64,000 nt of DNA from Chiloscyllium plagiosum. Its lineage: Eukaryota. Under the pieces are notes generated by a model. It worked only from the letters and a program-made list of their open reading frames with translations. It had not been told where the DNA came from and did no database searches. How positions within the stretch are numbered: the first letter of the stretch is position 1; each line of letters starts with the position of its first letter. Of this stretch, positions 13,101 to 25,100 are shown piece after piece. A program made the position numbers and the translations under genes. Where the stretch lies: positions 9,849,348 through 9,913,347 of the forward strand of contig NC_057722.1 in NCBI RefSeq assembly GCF_004010195.1. Direction: 5' to 3'.

Positions 13101-16100
13101 ATTGTTTTTCTCCATTTCAGAAGCTACGTTTTTACCTGTTTCCAAGGTAACTGGATGCGTTGAAGTGGGTGATGTAATAGCTGCTGTCAGGCCAACCACC
13201 TGCCTTGTTTCTCTTATGCTTGCTAACAATGAGACAGGCATTCTGATGGTAATCATGCATTTATTTTACTCTCATGAAGTGAATGTCAAGGCTACAATTC
13301 CTTGCGTGTATCTCTCTCAGAATGTAGTATTGGCCCTTATTTTTTACACAACTGTGGCTTGTTCGGCCATGACAGAGAACAATTGAAAGTCAATTACTCT
13401 AGAGTGGACCTGAATGCTCATGAAGGCCAGGCTAAGTAAGAATCATGGATTTAATTCTCTTAGGACATTAGTGAACCAGTTGGGTTGATGACAATCTGGC
13501 AGTTCTGTGCTGACTTTAGTGGTTACCTTTTTTATAATATTATTTTCAGATTTAGTTTTTAAAATGACCTCAAAGTCTCATCTGTTATAGTGGGGTTTGC
13601 ATTCGCTTTTTTTTCTTGATTTCAAGTCCAGGAACACAATCTGGATTACAGAAATATTACAGTTAAAAATGGCCATTTTCATTTTCTTTCCCATCTTAAC
13701 TCTGTTCCTCTCTTAGAAATTTGAGAGAATTTGAAACTAGTATTTACTGAGTTATTTAGCTTCATACCACTGGAACCTTTTGGGTCACCATATGAAGTTT
13801 AAATCTTGATTCTTTGACATCCAAGATACAAGCATTTGGATTTATCCACCAGTCAACCAACTTTGCTAGATAAACTATTGAGTTAAAAACGTAAGTGCAA
13901 ATTTGAGTTAATGCCACATTAAAAGCAAAATACTGGAAATCTGAAATAAAAACAAAAGGTGCTGGAGATACTCGAAGTCTGGCAGCATTTGTGGAGAGAG
14001 AAGCAGGGTGAATGTTTCAAATTCAATGGTTCTTCTTCAAAACTTAGACTCTTATGGAGTGGAGTGATAATAGACTTGAAATGTTGACTCTTTCTTTCTT
14101 CACAGATGCTGTCAGACCTGCTGAGTTTCTACAATACTTTGTATTTATTTGGCCACATTGTCTGGTTGTGCTAGCTGCCTTTTGCTAGTGGCCATATATT
14201 AGATGCTCTATTCAATAGTCTCAGTTGAACAGAGAATTGATATAATTCCCATTTTCATATTTAAATAGCATTGTATTTACTGTACGGTGCAGTAGCATAT
14301 TCCTGATGAAGTTATTGAATGAAATGATTTAAGTGACTGCCTCAGTTCTATTTCCCAATTATATATATTTTGCATTGCATCCTGACTACAAACACTTTAA
14401 CAAATTTCAATTGAATTTGCTTGATTACAGCCCATTGCAAAGGTTTGTCAACGAGTGAAATCTTTAAATCAACAAAGAGGCCCAGAAATACCCCAAATTT
14501 TGCTGCACACAGATGCAGCTCAGGCAGTTGGCAAGCTGCAGCTCGATGTGCTGGATCTTGGTGTGGATTATCTCACAATCGTAGGACACAAGGTAAAGTA
14601 TGTGTATGAGCCCAATTGTACATGCTAGGCTGGTGAACTAGACTTGTTGAGAAGGAGAATTATTTTCTCTGAGGATTACTTGACTTTGGAACACACTGCT
14701 TCAGAGGGTGTTGGAGGTGGAATCATTGAATTTGTTTTTAAGTCAGAGGAAGATGGATCCTTGTTATTGACAATAGATAGGAATGTGGAATTTGGAACAA
14801 ACTGATAAACATGACCTTATTGAATGGAGGCTCAGACCTGAAGGACCGAATGGCATGCTTTTACTTCTAATTTGTATTGTTTAAAACAGACCTACCATGA
14901 GGAAAGAAAAAGAATCAGAAGCACCATCTGGCACCAGTCCAGATCACAAGATGTCAATGAGTTGTTTTCCTCCTAATTTCTTTTGGTTCCTTCTGATTCT
15001 TTAATGATGCAAGGTTCTGGATGTACCGATTCTCAGTGTTTCATTTACTGGTTGAAGATTTGCCCCTTCCAGAGTCTCTAAAGGTAGTTTTTTTTCCCCC
15101 TTTTCTCCTTTCAAGAAGGAAATTTGCAGAGAAAGTAGTTTACAGGGAAATAGTGAGTGAAAGCAGCCCCCATGAGATTTTCTATTGCTTCTCCAAAGAG
15201 GAAGGACAGGAAGAAATTTGGGTGCTTTCGTTTTGCAAGCTAAAAGCTTCTGTTTTATTAACCCCACATAGTGATGGTCGACTGTCCATGTGCCAATTAC
15301 AAGGTTGTTGGCAGGCAGTTGTCTCCTAGTTCAGCAACTCACTGGCTGTCACTTTGCAGGACAAGGCAGTATTACATCTTCAGGCTGAATACTCATGGGA
15401 TGGCCAATTACCTTCCCTGAGGGGTGTTAATGAACCAGATGGGTCTTAATAATAATCAACACAGGATACATGGTCACCATCAGGGCATTTTGTTTCAGAA
15501 TTTTATTGAATTTAAATTTCACTATCTGCCCTGGTAGGATTTGAATCCATATCACCAGAATATTAATGTGATAATCTGGATTACTAGTCCAGTGACATTA
15601 CCAGTGTCTTATTTTAAACACCTTCATTAACTCAATTTCAACCCGTATAAATTCAAAGAGAATACAGAAAAATCTAATTTACTCTGTACTGCCTCCAAGG
15701 CCAACATCATTCCTGAGGTCTGCTGTTCAACAAGGAATAGACTCTGACCTAGGATGTGTGTACAAGTGAGGTTCCTCAATTTGCATCCTAATCTCTTGGT
15801 GAAGAAGACCAACATATTGTTATACTTCGTACCTATCAAATAGCTGATTGATCACCAATTCCACTTGCTTCTTCGCAACTCTTAATGTCTCCATTAATAT
15901 GATAAAATGCATTTTACCCTGATGAACATGTTGGGTTCCATTCAGCAAATGCCCAACATGAACTTGCTTCATATACACAGTCACTGTGGTTTTCAGTAAT
16001 CAGATTATTCCCCTATAATCTTACAGTCCTTTTTTATAACTTGTAGACCTTCAATGCATATAATGCCCCAGTGATAGAGTGTACATTGTTGAGTAGGTAC

Positions 16101-19100
16101 TGGAACTGTGTAAAAGAAGTCGATGGTGAATCTCTGCATTTAACACGCAAAGTTAGAGATCACAAATTTATTGGAATTTGCAATGAAAACGAAATATAAT
16201 CACCATGACAATGAAGAACCTGTACTGCCAGGTTTCAGAATGTTTGTTTGGCTGGGAATTAAGTTATTTATGTTTAAGACCATGAGATGTAAGAGAAGAG
16301 GTGAGCCATTTAGTTCATTAAGTCTACTTCACCATTCAATGAGGTCATGGCAGATTTGATAATCCTCAACTCCATTTTCCTACCTTTTTACTATTGCCTT
16401 TGATTCCTTTACTGATTAAAAATCTGTAAATATTCCTAACGCCCCAGCCTTAACAGCCCTCTGCAGTAAAGAATTCCACAGATTCACTGCCTTCTGACAG
16501 AAGAAATTTATCTTTATTCTTCATCTCCATCTTAAATGTCTGACTCCTTTGTTATGTGATTATGCCCGCTGGACCTTGACTGGCCAACATGGGGAAGCAA
16601 TCTCTCCATATCTACTCTGTCAAGTCCTCTAAGAGTCTTGTATGCTTAAATAACTCGATTCTTCTAAATTCCACTGAATTCCAAAGAAGTTCTGGGATTT
16701 CCACATCAAAGAACAGAAACCAGCAAATCCCATTCCAAGATGAAAGATTTAATCTAAAATTGTTTAATGTATCACATCTCCATGACACTGGACTCCTTTG
16801 GCTATAAATTCTGTGAGCATGATCTTATTCTCCACACCACCTGATGAAGGAGTGGCGCTCCGAAAGCTAGTGCTTCCAAATAAACCAATTGGACTATAAC
16901 ATGGTGTTGTTGTGATTTTTAACTTCTATTATTTCGCCAAATCTTTATCCATGCTGATAGACTACCTCCAATACCATGGTGATATCTTAAGTAGCCCAAT
17001 GCATGATACTTTAATCAAATGCCTTCTGAAAATCCAAACATTTTAAATTCACTCTTGCCCCTTTATCTATCCGAAAGTTCTAGTAAATTTTGTAAGGCAT
17101 GATTACTTCTACATGAAGCCATGCTGGTTCTGCTGGATCATATTATTTAATTCTTAATACTTTGCTCTTGCATCCTTTATTGTAAGCTTAAACATTTTCC
17201 AAATATCAAGCTAACTGGCCAAAAGTTTCCTGTTTTTTTTTCTTCCCTTTTTAAATAAGGATGTTGTATTGACATTTTTCCAATCCTCTGGGACTTTTCC
17301 AGAATCTGTGGATTCCTGCAAGATTGCTACCAGTGCACCCACTACCTCTGTAACTACTTCCTTTAATATCCTAGTGTGCATCCATCAGATCCAAGGGAAT
17401 TATCAATCTATAGCTCCATTGGTTTCTCTAGCACTTTGCTTTCTATGATTTTTGTAATGATTTGCTGTCCTTTTGCCCTTGAATATTTTGTAATTTTGAG
17501 ATGCTGCTAGTGTCTTATACCGTGAAGATTCTGAAAAGTATTTATTAAATTCCTCTGCCTGATTCCTAGTTACTATTTCCTCAGCTGCATGGGCCAATGT
17601 TAACTTTGGCTTCTGTCTTCCTTTGTGCTTAAAGAAGTAAGATAGAATTACTTACACTTGCATTTATCATAGAATCCCTACAGTGTGGAAATGGGCCATT
17701 TGGCCCAACAAGACCAACACAAAACCTCCAAAGAGTATTCTACCCAGACCCATTCCCCTACCCTATTACTTTACATGTCCCCTGACTAATATACCTAACC
17801 TACACATCAGGGGGGCACAGTGGCTCAGTGGTTAGCACTGCTGCCTCACAATATGAGGGACCTGGGTTCGATTCCAACCTCGGGCAACTGTCTGTGTGGA
17901 GTTTGCACATTCTCCCCGTATCTGCATGGGTTTCCTCCGAATGCTCCAGTTTCCTCCTGCAATCCGAAGATGTGCAGGTTAGGTGAATTGGCCATGCTAA
18001 ATTGCCCATAGTGTTCAGGGATGTGTAGGCCAGGTGCATTAGTCAGGGGTAAATGTACTGCAATAGGTTCGGGAAATGGGTCTGGGTGGATTACTCTTCG
18101 GAGTGTCGGTGTGGACTTGCTGGGCTGAAGGGTCTGTTTCCATACTGTAGGGATTCTGTAAATTCTATAAGCTTTAGCTATCTGTGTTTGTCTCACCCAT
18201 GTAGTTCTACGGCCCACGGATTGGAGCCCTGTATGTATCAGGACCAGGCAAGAACTCGCCTTTATACCCGATGTTCTTTGGTGGTGGCCAAGAAAGGAAA
18301 TTCAGGCCAGGGTACGTTCTGTGGAAAAGCACAGAAGAATTAATTCCTCTTTTGACCCTAGATTATTCTTGAGCAATGTATGGAGCTGATTCACAACTGA
18401 GTTTAACAATGAATTGCAGATAGAATTGAATACATAGCTTCAATCTCAAACTTCTTGGAGTTAAGGAGTGAAGTAATATTTACTACCTTTTAATCTGCCT
18501 AGTTTATTCCTGAATCTATAGAATTTTAGAACATAATCACCAATGTATCACTATCTTTGCAGCCATGTCCTTCAGCACTCTGGGATGTAGAATATCAGGT
18601 CCAGGAAATTTATCTACTTTCAACCCATTAATTTCTCCAGTACACCTTCTTACTAATATTAATTTCCTTCAACTCCTCATTCTCCCTAGCCATTTATATA
18701 TAATCTGGGAGTTTACTTCTATCTTCCTCACTTAACACAGAGACAAAGTAATAATTTAGCCTTTCTGCCATTTCTCTATCCCAGAATATAAATTCTGCTG
18801 ATTCTGACTTCAATGGACCCATGTTTGTTTTAGTCAAAAGTTTCCTTTTCACACATCTGTACAAGCTTTTACATTTTTTTTTGATTTTTGCATTATTTCA
18901 TTCAGATGCTATTCTCTGTTTTCTTATCAAGTTCTTAGTTCTTTTCTAAGTGTCTTCTAAGAACCTGCCAGTCTTCAGATTTAAAGCTATTTCTGGCATC
19001 TTTTGATTTTATTCAACAGTAAACTTCCTTTGTTAGCCACAGTTGACTGACTTTGTTTTGAATTTACTACCACGTTTTCATGCAAAGACTTTAAAAAATT

Positions 19101-22100
19101 ACTTTTAACGCACCTCCCCCCCCTCCCCAGCTTTGATGTTTCCTTCCATCCTCCACGAAGCACCTAGTGTTCTTCCCCTCTTCCATAAAGCATGTGGGAT
19201 TTTTAATCATAATTTCTGCTCCAAAGAGATTTCACAACTCTTTTGATGACCCTCAATGATCATGAAGCAGCAATATTTGGTTTCACCTACTGCAGTATAT
19301 CCATCCTCTTACCCTTTTCCTTGATCTGGCATTTTGCAACTCAAGGCCTGAGATTTTTTTAAATCTAGTTCTCCCATTGGTCAGTTCACTGCCATGATGT
19401 TGCCTAAAATCTCTGCAGTCACTTTGACAATCCAGCTATTTAATGACCCTATGAGGCAGGTTGATATGACCATAATGACAGATTTGGTTCTAAGTCAAAA
19501 GATGAGGTCTGATTCAGTTTTGGTCTTTTATTTCACCCAAAAATTGAAATTTAAAATTTCCCTCACTGCCTTGGTAGGACTTGAGAATAACTTGACTGAT
19601 TTGAATAGACTACATATGTTTTAGTGAGTACATAAATTGTAAATCCAGTAATTAACTTTGCTGTTTGTATTGCAATCTCTTCCCAGAACAGAAAACACAC
19701 CAATGATCGCAGGACTTGGGAAGGTAAATATTTTGCCCATACTATGTGATCATAGGACAGCCACTATTTTAGCTCAGCAGAAGCCGTCCTCTTCTACAGG
19801 TGCTATTCTGTAGGCTGAATCATGCTTATATGAAGATGAGCTGAACCCTCTCAGTCATTGTAAAGGTGCCAGAAATGATCTTCTCTGGTGTTATGTGTCT
19901 GTATTCACCTCCTATAGAGATACACCCAGTTTCTTGTTTTCCATTCTAATTGGAATCATATATTTGAACCACTGACCCTAGAGTACAACTAAAGGCTTTC
20001 ATCTCTAATACCAATGTGGTAAACTTCATCTACACCCAGTGCAAGACTTTGATTGGCTTCTTAAATGTGATGCTTAGAATTATGTTCAATAATGTAGCTG
20101 GAAGCAAACCAATGCATTACGAAGATTTAGCACCACTTCCTTCCTTTCATACTCTGACCCTGTTGATTAAGCTAAGTATCCCATATTGCTTTAACAGTCT
20201 TTTCAAACTTATACCACTTTCAAAGACCTACATTCATGCAGCCCCTTTAAAACTATAATTTGATTTTTATTACCTCATTAAAATATAGCACTCTCTGTTC
20301 AGTGCATTGAATTCAAGCTGTCTTACATCTGTCCATTTCACCCGTTTGTGTACACCTGTCTGAGTTCTGCCTTCCTCATTGTTCCTATGCTTCCAAGTTT
20401 AGCAACTTCTGCAACTTAGAAATTGTGCCCTGTACATCCAATGTTATTGTGATACAATCAAAAACATGATGTAGAGTGCTCGTGTTGGACTGGGGTGGAC
20501 AAAGTTAAAAATCACACAACACCAGATTATAGTCCATCAAGTTTATTTGGAAGCACTAGCTTTCGGAGCGACGGTCTCCATCATGTGGTTGTAGTTGAGA
20601 AGGAGAGTCCTTCACGGTGACCTCAGTCAGTATGGGCATTGAACCAGTACTGTTGGCATCAGTCTGTGTCCAGCCAACTGAGCTAAACCAACCCCAAAAT
20701 AAACTTTTAAGTGTAGGAGTCATTTGAAAACCACCTGATGAAGTAGCGGCACTCTGAAAGCTAGTGCTTCCAAATAAACCTGTTGAACTATAATCTGGTG
20801 TGTGGGGTTTTTAACTTAATCAAGAACAGTACCTAAGATTGGTACCAGCAAAATCTTAGGGGATACCCTAAGTCTGAAAAATAACTTCACTAATACTATT
20901 GACATATCACCTCTTCACCAATTTTGTGTACACTTACGCATTATCTCTCTATTATGACAGCCTTCAATTTTGCTCCTCCTGGGGGTTTTTGGGTGGTAGT
21001 GGGGGTTGGGATTCAAACTCCACTTCAATGTCTCTGTACATATCAACCACACATCCTACATTCCTTTTCTCCATTCTGTACATGACATAGCAAATGTCCG
21101 TCACCATTTGAATAAGTGAAACTCTGTGCAATGCATAGTGGGTAGTCCTTACTGTGCAGAGTCAATGGAAACTGATTAAATGGTAAATAATCCTTTCTCT
21201 GCTAAATAAACAACCTGGTTTAAAAAAAATAAAATAACTTATGATTGATGGACTTCAACTTCATTTTACTGATCTCTTTTGTCAGGCTGCTGAATTGGTG
21301 GTCAGGAATCTCGAAGCATATGCCAGTCACATGCAAGAAGTGAGGGATTATATGGAAGAGAAACTGTTGGTATGTGTGAACGTTTAGAAGTAACAAAATA
21401 ATATTTTAAAGTAACTGTTGGTATGTGTGAACGTTTAGAAGTAACAAAATAATATTTTAAAGTAAAGTCACTATGGTCTTACCAGACCATAGGGCTGCTC
21501 TTCCAACAGAGAGATGACTTGGTAGTGGTTTAACCTGAGGGTCACTGTGCCTCAGGCAAGGAGAGTCCTTCACGGTAACGTCAGTCAGTATGCATTGAAC
21601 CAATACTGTTGGCATCAGTCTATGTCTATCCAGCCAACTGAGCTAAACCAACCCCCAAAATAAACTGTACAGTGTAGGAGTCATTTGGAAAAAGATGTGG
21701 AGTATACATAACCATTTGGGAAGTATTGGATCTATATTTAACAGTATTGGAGGTTTACCTCTTCTAATCCCTGTATTGTTTATATACTAATTGATTGATT
21801 GCAGTGAATAGTTAGCAACTCCATTATTGTACCATGTGAATCGAAAAGATAGTGAAAGGTGAACTGGACTAACTTTAATGATCTTTGATCTAGCAATGTT
21901 TACGTTCATATGAACATTTGTGGTGAATGTTTTACATGCGTGTTGTATTATTGAAGACTGTGTAGTTCAATTGTTAGAATATAGCACAGGTGTCCTAATA
22001 GTTTTCTGGGTAAACTGCTGCTCAGTGAAACAATAAATTATACAGACTACTGATCCCACTTTGAATCCTGTTTTTTACTGAGCGAGTTGATCAGAATCGA

Positions 22101-25100
22101 GCTGCTGCAACTTTGTGAGGGTGAGGGGATAAAATATCACTGAGGTTTCTTCCCGATTATTAACCAGCGACTGCTTTGATGTGCATCAGTTGAGGATAAC
22201 TAAAGGAACCTGATTTAAAAATAAGAAATATCCCATTTAAGATGGCGACAAAGCATATTTTGTTCTGAGTGTTGAGAGCTTTGGATCTCTATTCTGCAGA
22301 AAATGGTGGAAGAATAGTCATTAAATACTTGAAGGCAGAGTTTGATAGATTCTTGATTGATTAGGATTATCAGGGGTAGGCAGGATCATGATATTGAGGC
22401 CACAATCAATTTGGCCATGATCTTATTGATTGATTGAGCAGGCTCAAGAGGCTGAATAGCATACTCCTAAATCTAATACGTGCGTTGGTTTGTAAAAGCT
22501 GGGGCCATCTGGTTGAACAATATGATATCCACTGACTGGACTTGCAGACAGAAAACATCCATTTGGATAATATTCAGAGTGCTGCTATTATTCTTGGATC
22601 ATTAACCCAACAAGTGTTCGTACTAATGGAAGAGAAGAGAGGAATAAAAACTCAAGGTGAATTTCTCTTTTGTGTTCGGTCATTCAATGCCATCTTCCAG
22701 AACTGAGAATGTTTGGGGAGACTTCTGTGCACTTTCAAGGGGCATGCAGAAAATATATGCAGGTACAACATGCCATTAGGAAGGCAGTAATATATTTGCT
22801 GTCATTGCAGTGTGTTTGGAATACAGGATGAAGGAAATCTTGTGATAATTTCTACAGGGTTTTGGTGAGACCACAGTTGGAGTGCTGTGCGCAGTTTTGG
22901 TTTCCCTGTTTAAGGAAGGATAAGTTTGTTTTGGAAACAGTACAACAAAGATTCATTCGATTAATTAATGGAATGAGAGACAGTTGGCCTGTGATAAGAA
23001 GCTGAGTAAATTGAACCTTAATCCACTGGGGGGTCAGACAAATGAGAGGTGATCTAATAGAAGCATACAAGATTCTGAAAGGTCTTGAAATGGTGGACAT
23101 GGGGTAGTTTCCTCTGGCTGAGGAATCTAAAACACAGGGCAGAGCTCGGAGTAAGGAATTTAAACATTGAGGGCTGAGATGTAGTGTAACTTCTTCACTT
23201 ATGGATTGTGAATCTCTGGAATGGCCTATCCCTGAGGTTGTTGACACTCAGCCACTGAATATGTTCAAGTTGGGACAGATCTATTTTAAATCTCTCTAGG
23301 AAAGAAAGGGATTTGAGGAGCAGGCAAAGGTCAGCCATAATCATATTGAATGTTAGAGCAAGCATGAGGGGCCACGTGGTCAACTCCAATTTCTTAGATT
23401 CTGTCATGATAGGTACTGAATATTGCAGTGTTGTAAGACTTGGATAGAAAGGCAGAGGCAGTCCATCAAATTCCAGTGCAAAGAGAACACTGGCTGTCTT
23501 TATAATTAGAGTCACACTCTCAACAGCTGAAAATGTGTTGCTGGAAAAGCGCAGCAGGTCAGGCAGCATCCAAGGAACAGGAGAATCGACGTTTCGGGCA
23601 TGAGCTCTTCTTCATTCCTGAAGAAGGGCTTATGCCCGAAACGTCGATTTTCCTGCTCCTCAGATGCTGCCTGAACTGCTGTGCTTTTCCAGCACCACTC
23701 TAATCAAGAATCTGGTTCCCAGCATCTGCAGCCCTTGTTTTTACCCTGTCTTTGTAAATAAACAGGTGATCACAATGTATCACTTTTTTAAGTTGTCAGG
23801 CTGTACACATCACAGTGTGCTGCAGGTGATTGCAGGATGGGCTTAGTCCATTAGATTGTGTATCTGGATGCATAAAGTGGTTTCATCACAGGAAGTTGAC
23901 CATGACATGATTAGTCTATTAAGATTGTATTGAAGAGAATTGTTGAATCTACTATTTATGTTATTGCTGTATGTTACATGATTAATGAGTAAAATTTATA
24001 TCTTGATCTTTTTCTGTTCTTATTGCAGACTGTCTTTGGGAAGGATAGACTCCGTTTCAACAGCCACTTTGAGGGCTCAGAGAGATTGCCTAACACCTGC
24101 AACGTGTCTATTCTTGGACCTAACCTGCAAGGTACTGGCAGAACTGTACTCTTAGTCTCAGTAAATCAGCTATTCAATGTAATTAATAAACACCCAAAAA
24201 GCACAAGGTTGGGGAATGTTTGAGTCACTACTGTGAATGTGTTATGCCACAGTAACTATTCCATTGTGTGCCAGGTCGGACAGTGCTGCTACATTGTCAA
24301 AGGCTATTGGCTAGTGTCGGAGCTGCTTGCCATTCAGACAAAGGCAATAGGTAAGAGGTCCCCAAGTTCACTCCTGTGATTCTGGAATAGGTGACAGAAT
24401 AATCTTAAATATCATTATGTCATCACCACTATCCTCAGACACCTTGCTTGTTCCTCTCTATAGTAAGATTGAATTGTAACAGAATTATTCCAATTGTATT
24501 TACAGATGTAGGTTTGCTCACTAAGCTGGAAGGTTCATGTTCAGATGTTTCATCACCATACTAGGTAACATCTTCAACCTCTGGACGAAACATTGCTGAT
24601 GATTCCTGCTTTCTATTTTTATATTTGGTTTGGTGATGTTATTTCCTGTGGTGATATCATTTCCGATGATGATGCCATGTCCTGTTCTTTTTCTTAGGGG
24701 CGAGAAATGGGATCCAAGTCAATGTATTTGTTGATAGAGTTCTGGTTGGAATGCCATGCTTTTAGGAATTCTCGTGCATGTCTCTGTTTGGCTTGTCCTA
24801 GGATGTATGTGTTGTCCCAGTCGAAGTGATGTCCTTCCTTATCTCTATGTAAGGATATTGGTGAGAGAGGTTCATGTCGTTTTGTGGCTAGTTGATGTTC
24901 ATGTATTCTGGTGGCTAGTTTTTTACCTGTTTGTCCAATATAGTGTTTGTTACAGTCCTTGCATGGTATTTTGTAAATGACATTAGTTTTGCTTGTTGTC
25001 TGTATAGGGTCTTTCAAGTTCATTAGCTGCTGTTTTAGTGTGTTGGTGGGTTTGTGGGCTACCATGATGCCAAGGGGTCTGAGTAGTCTGGCAGTCATTT

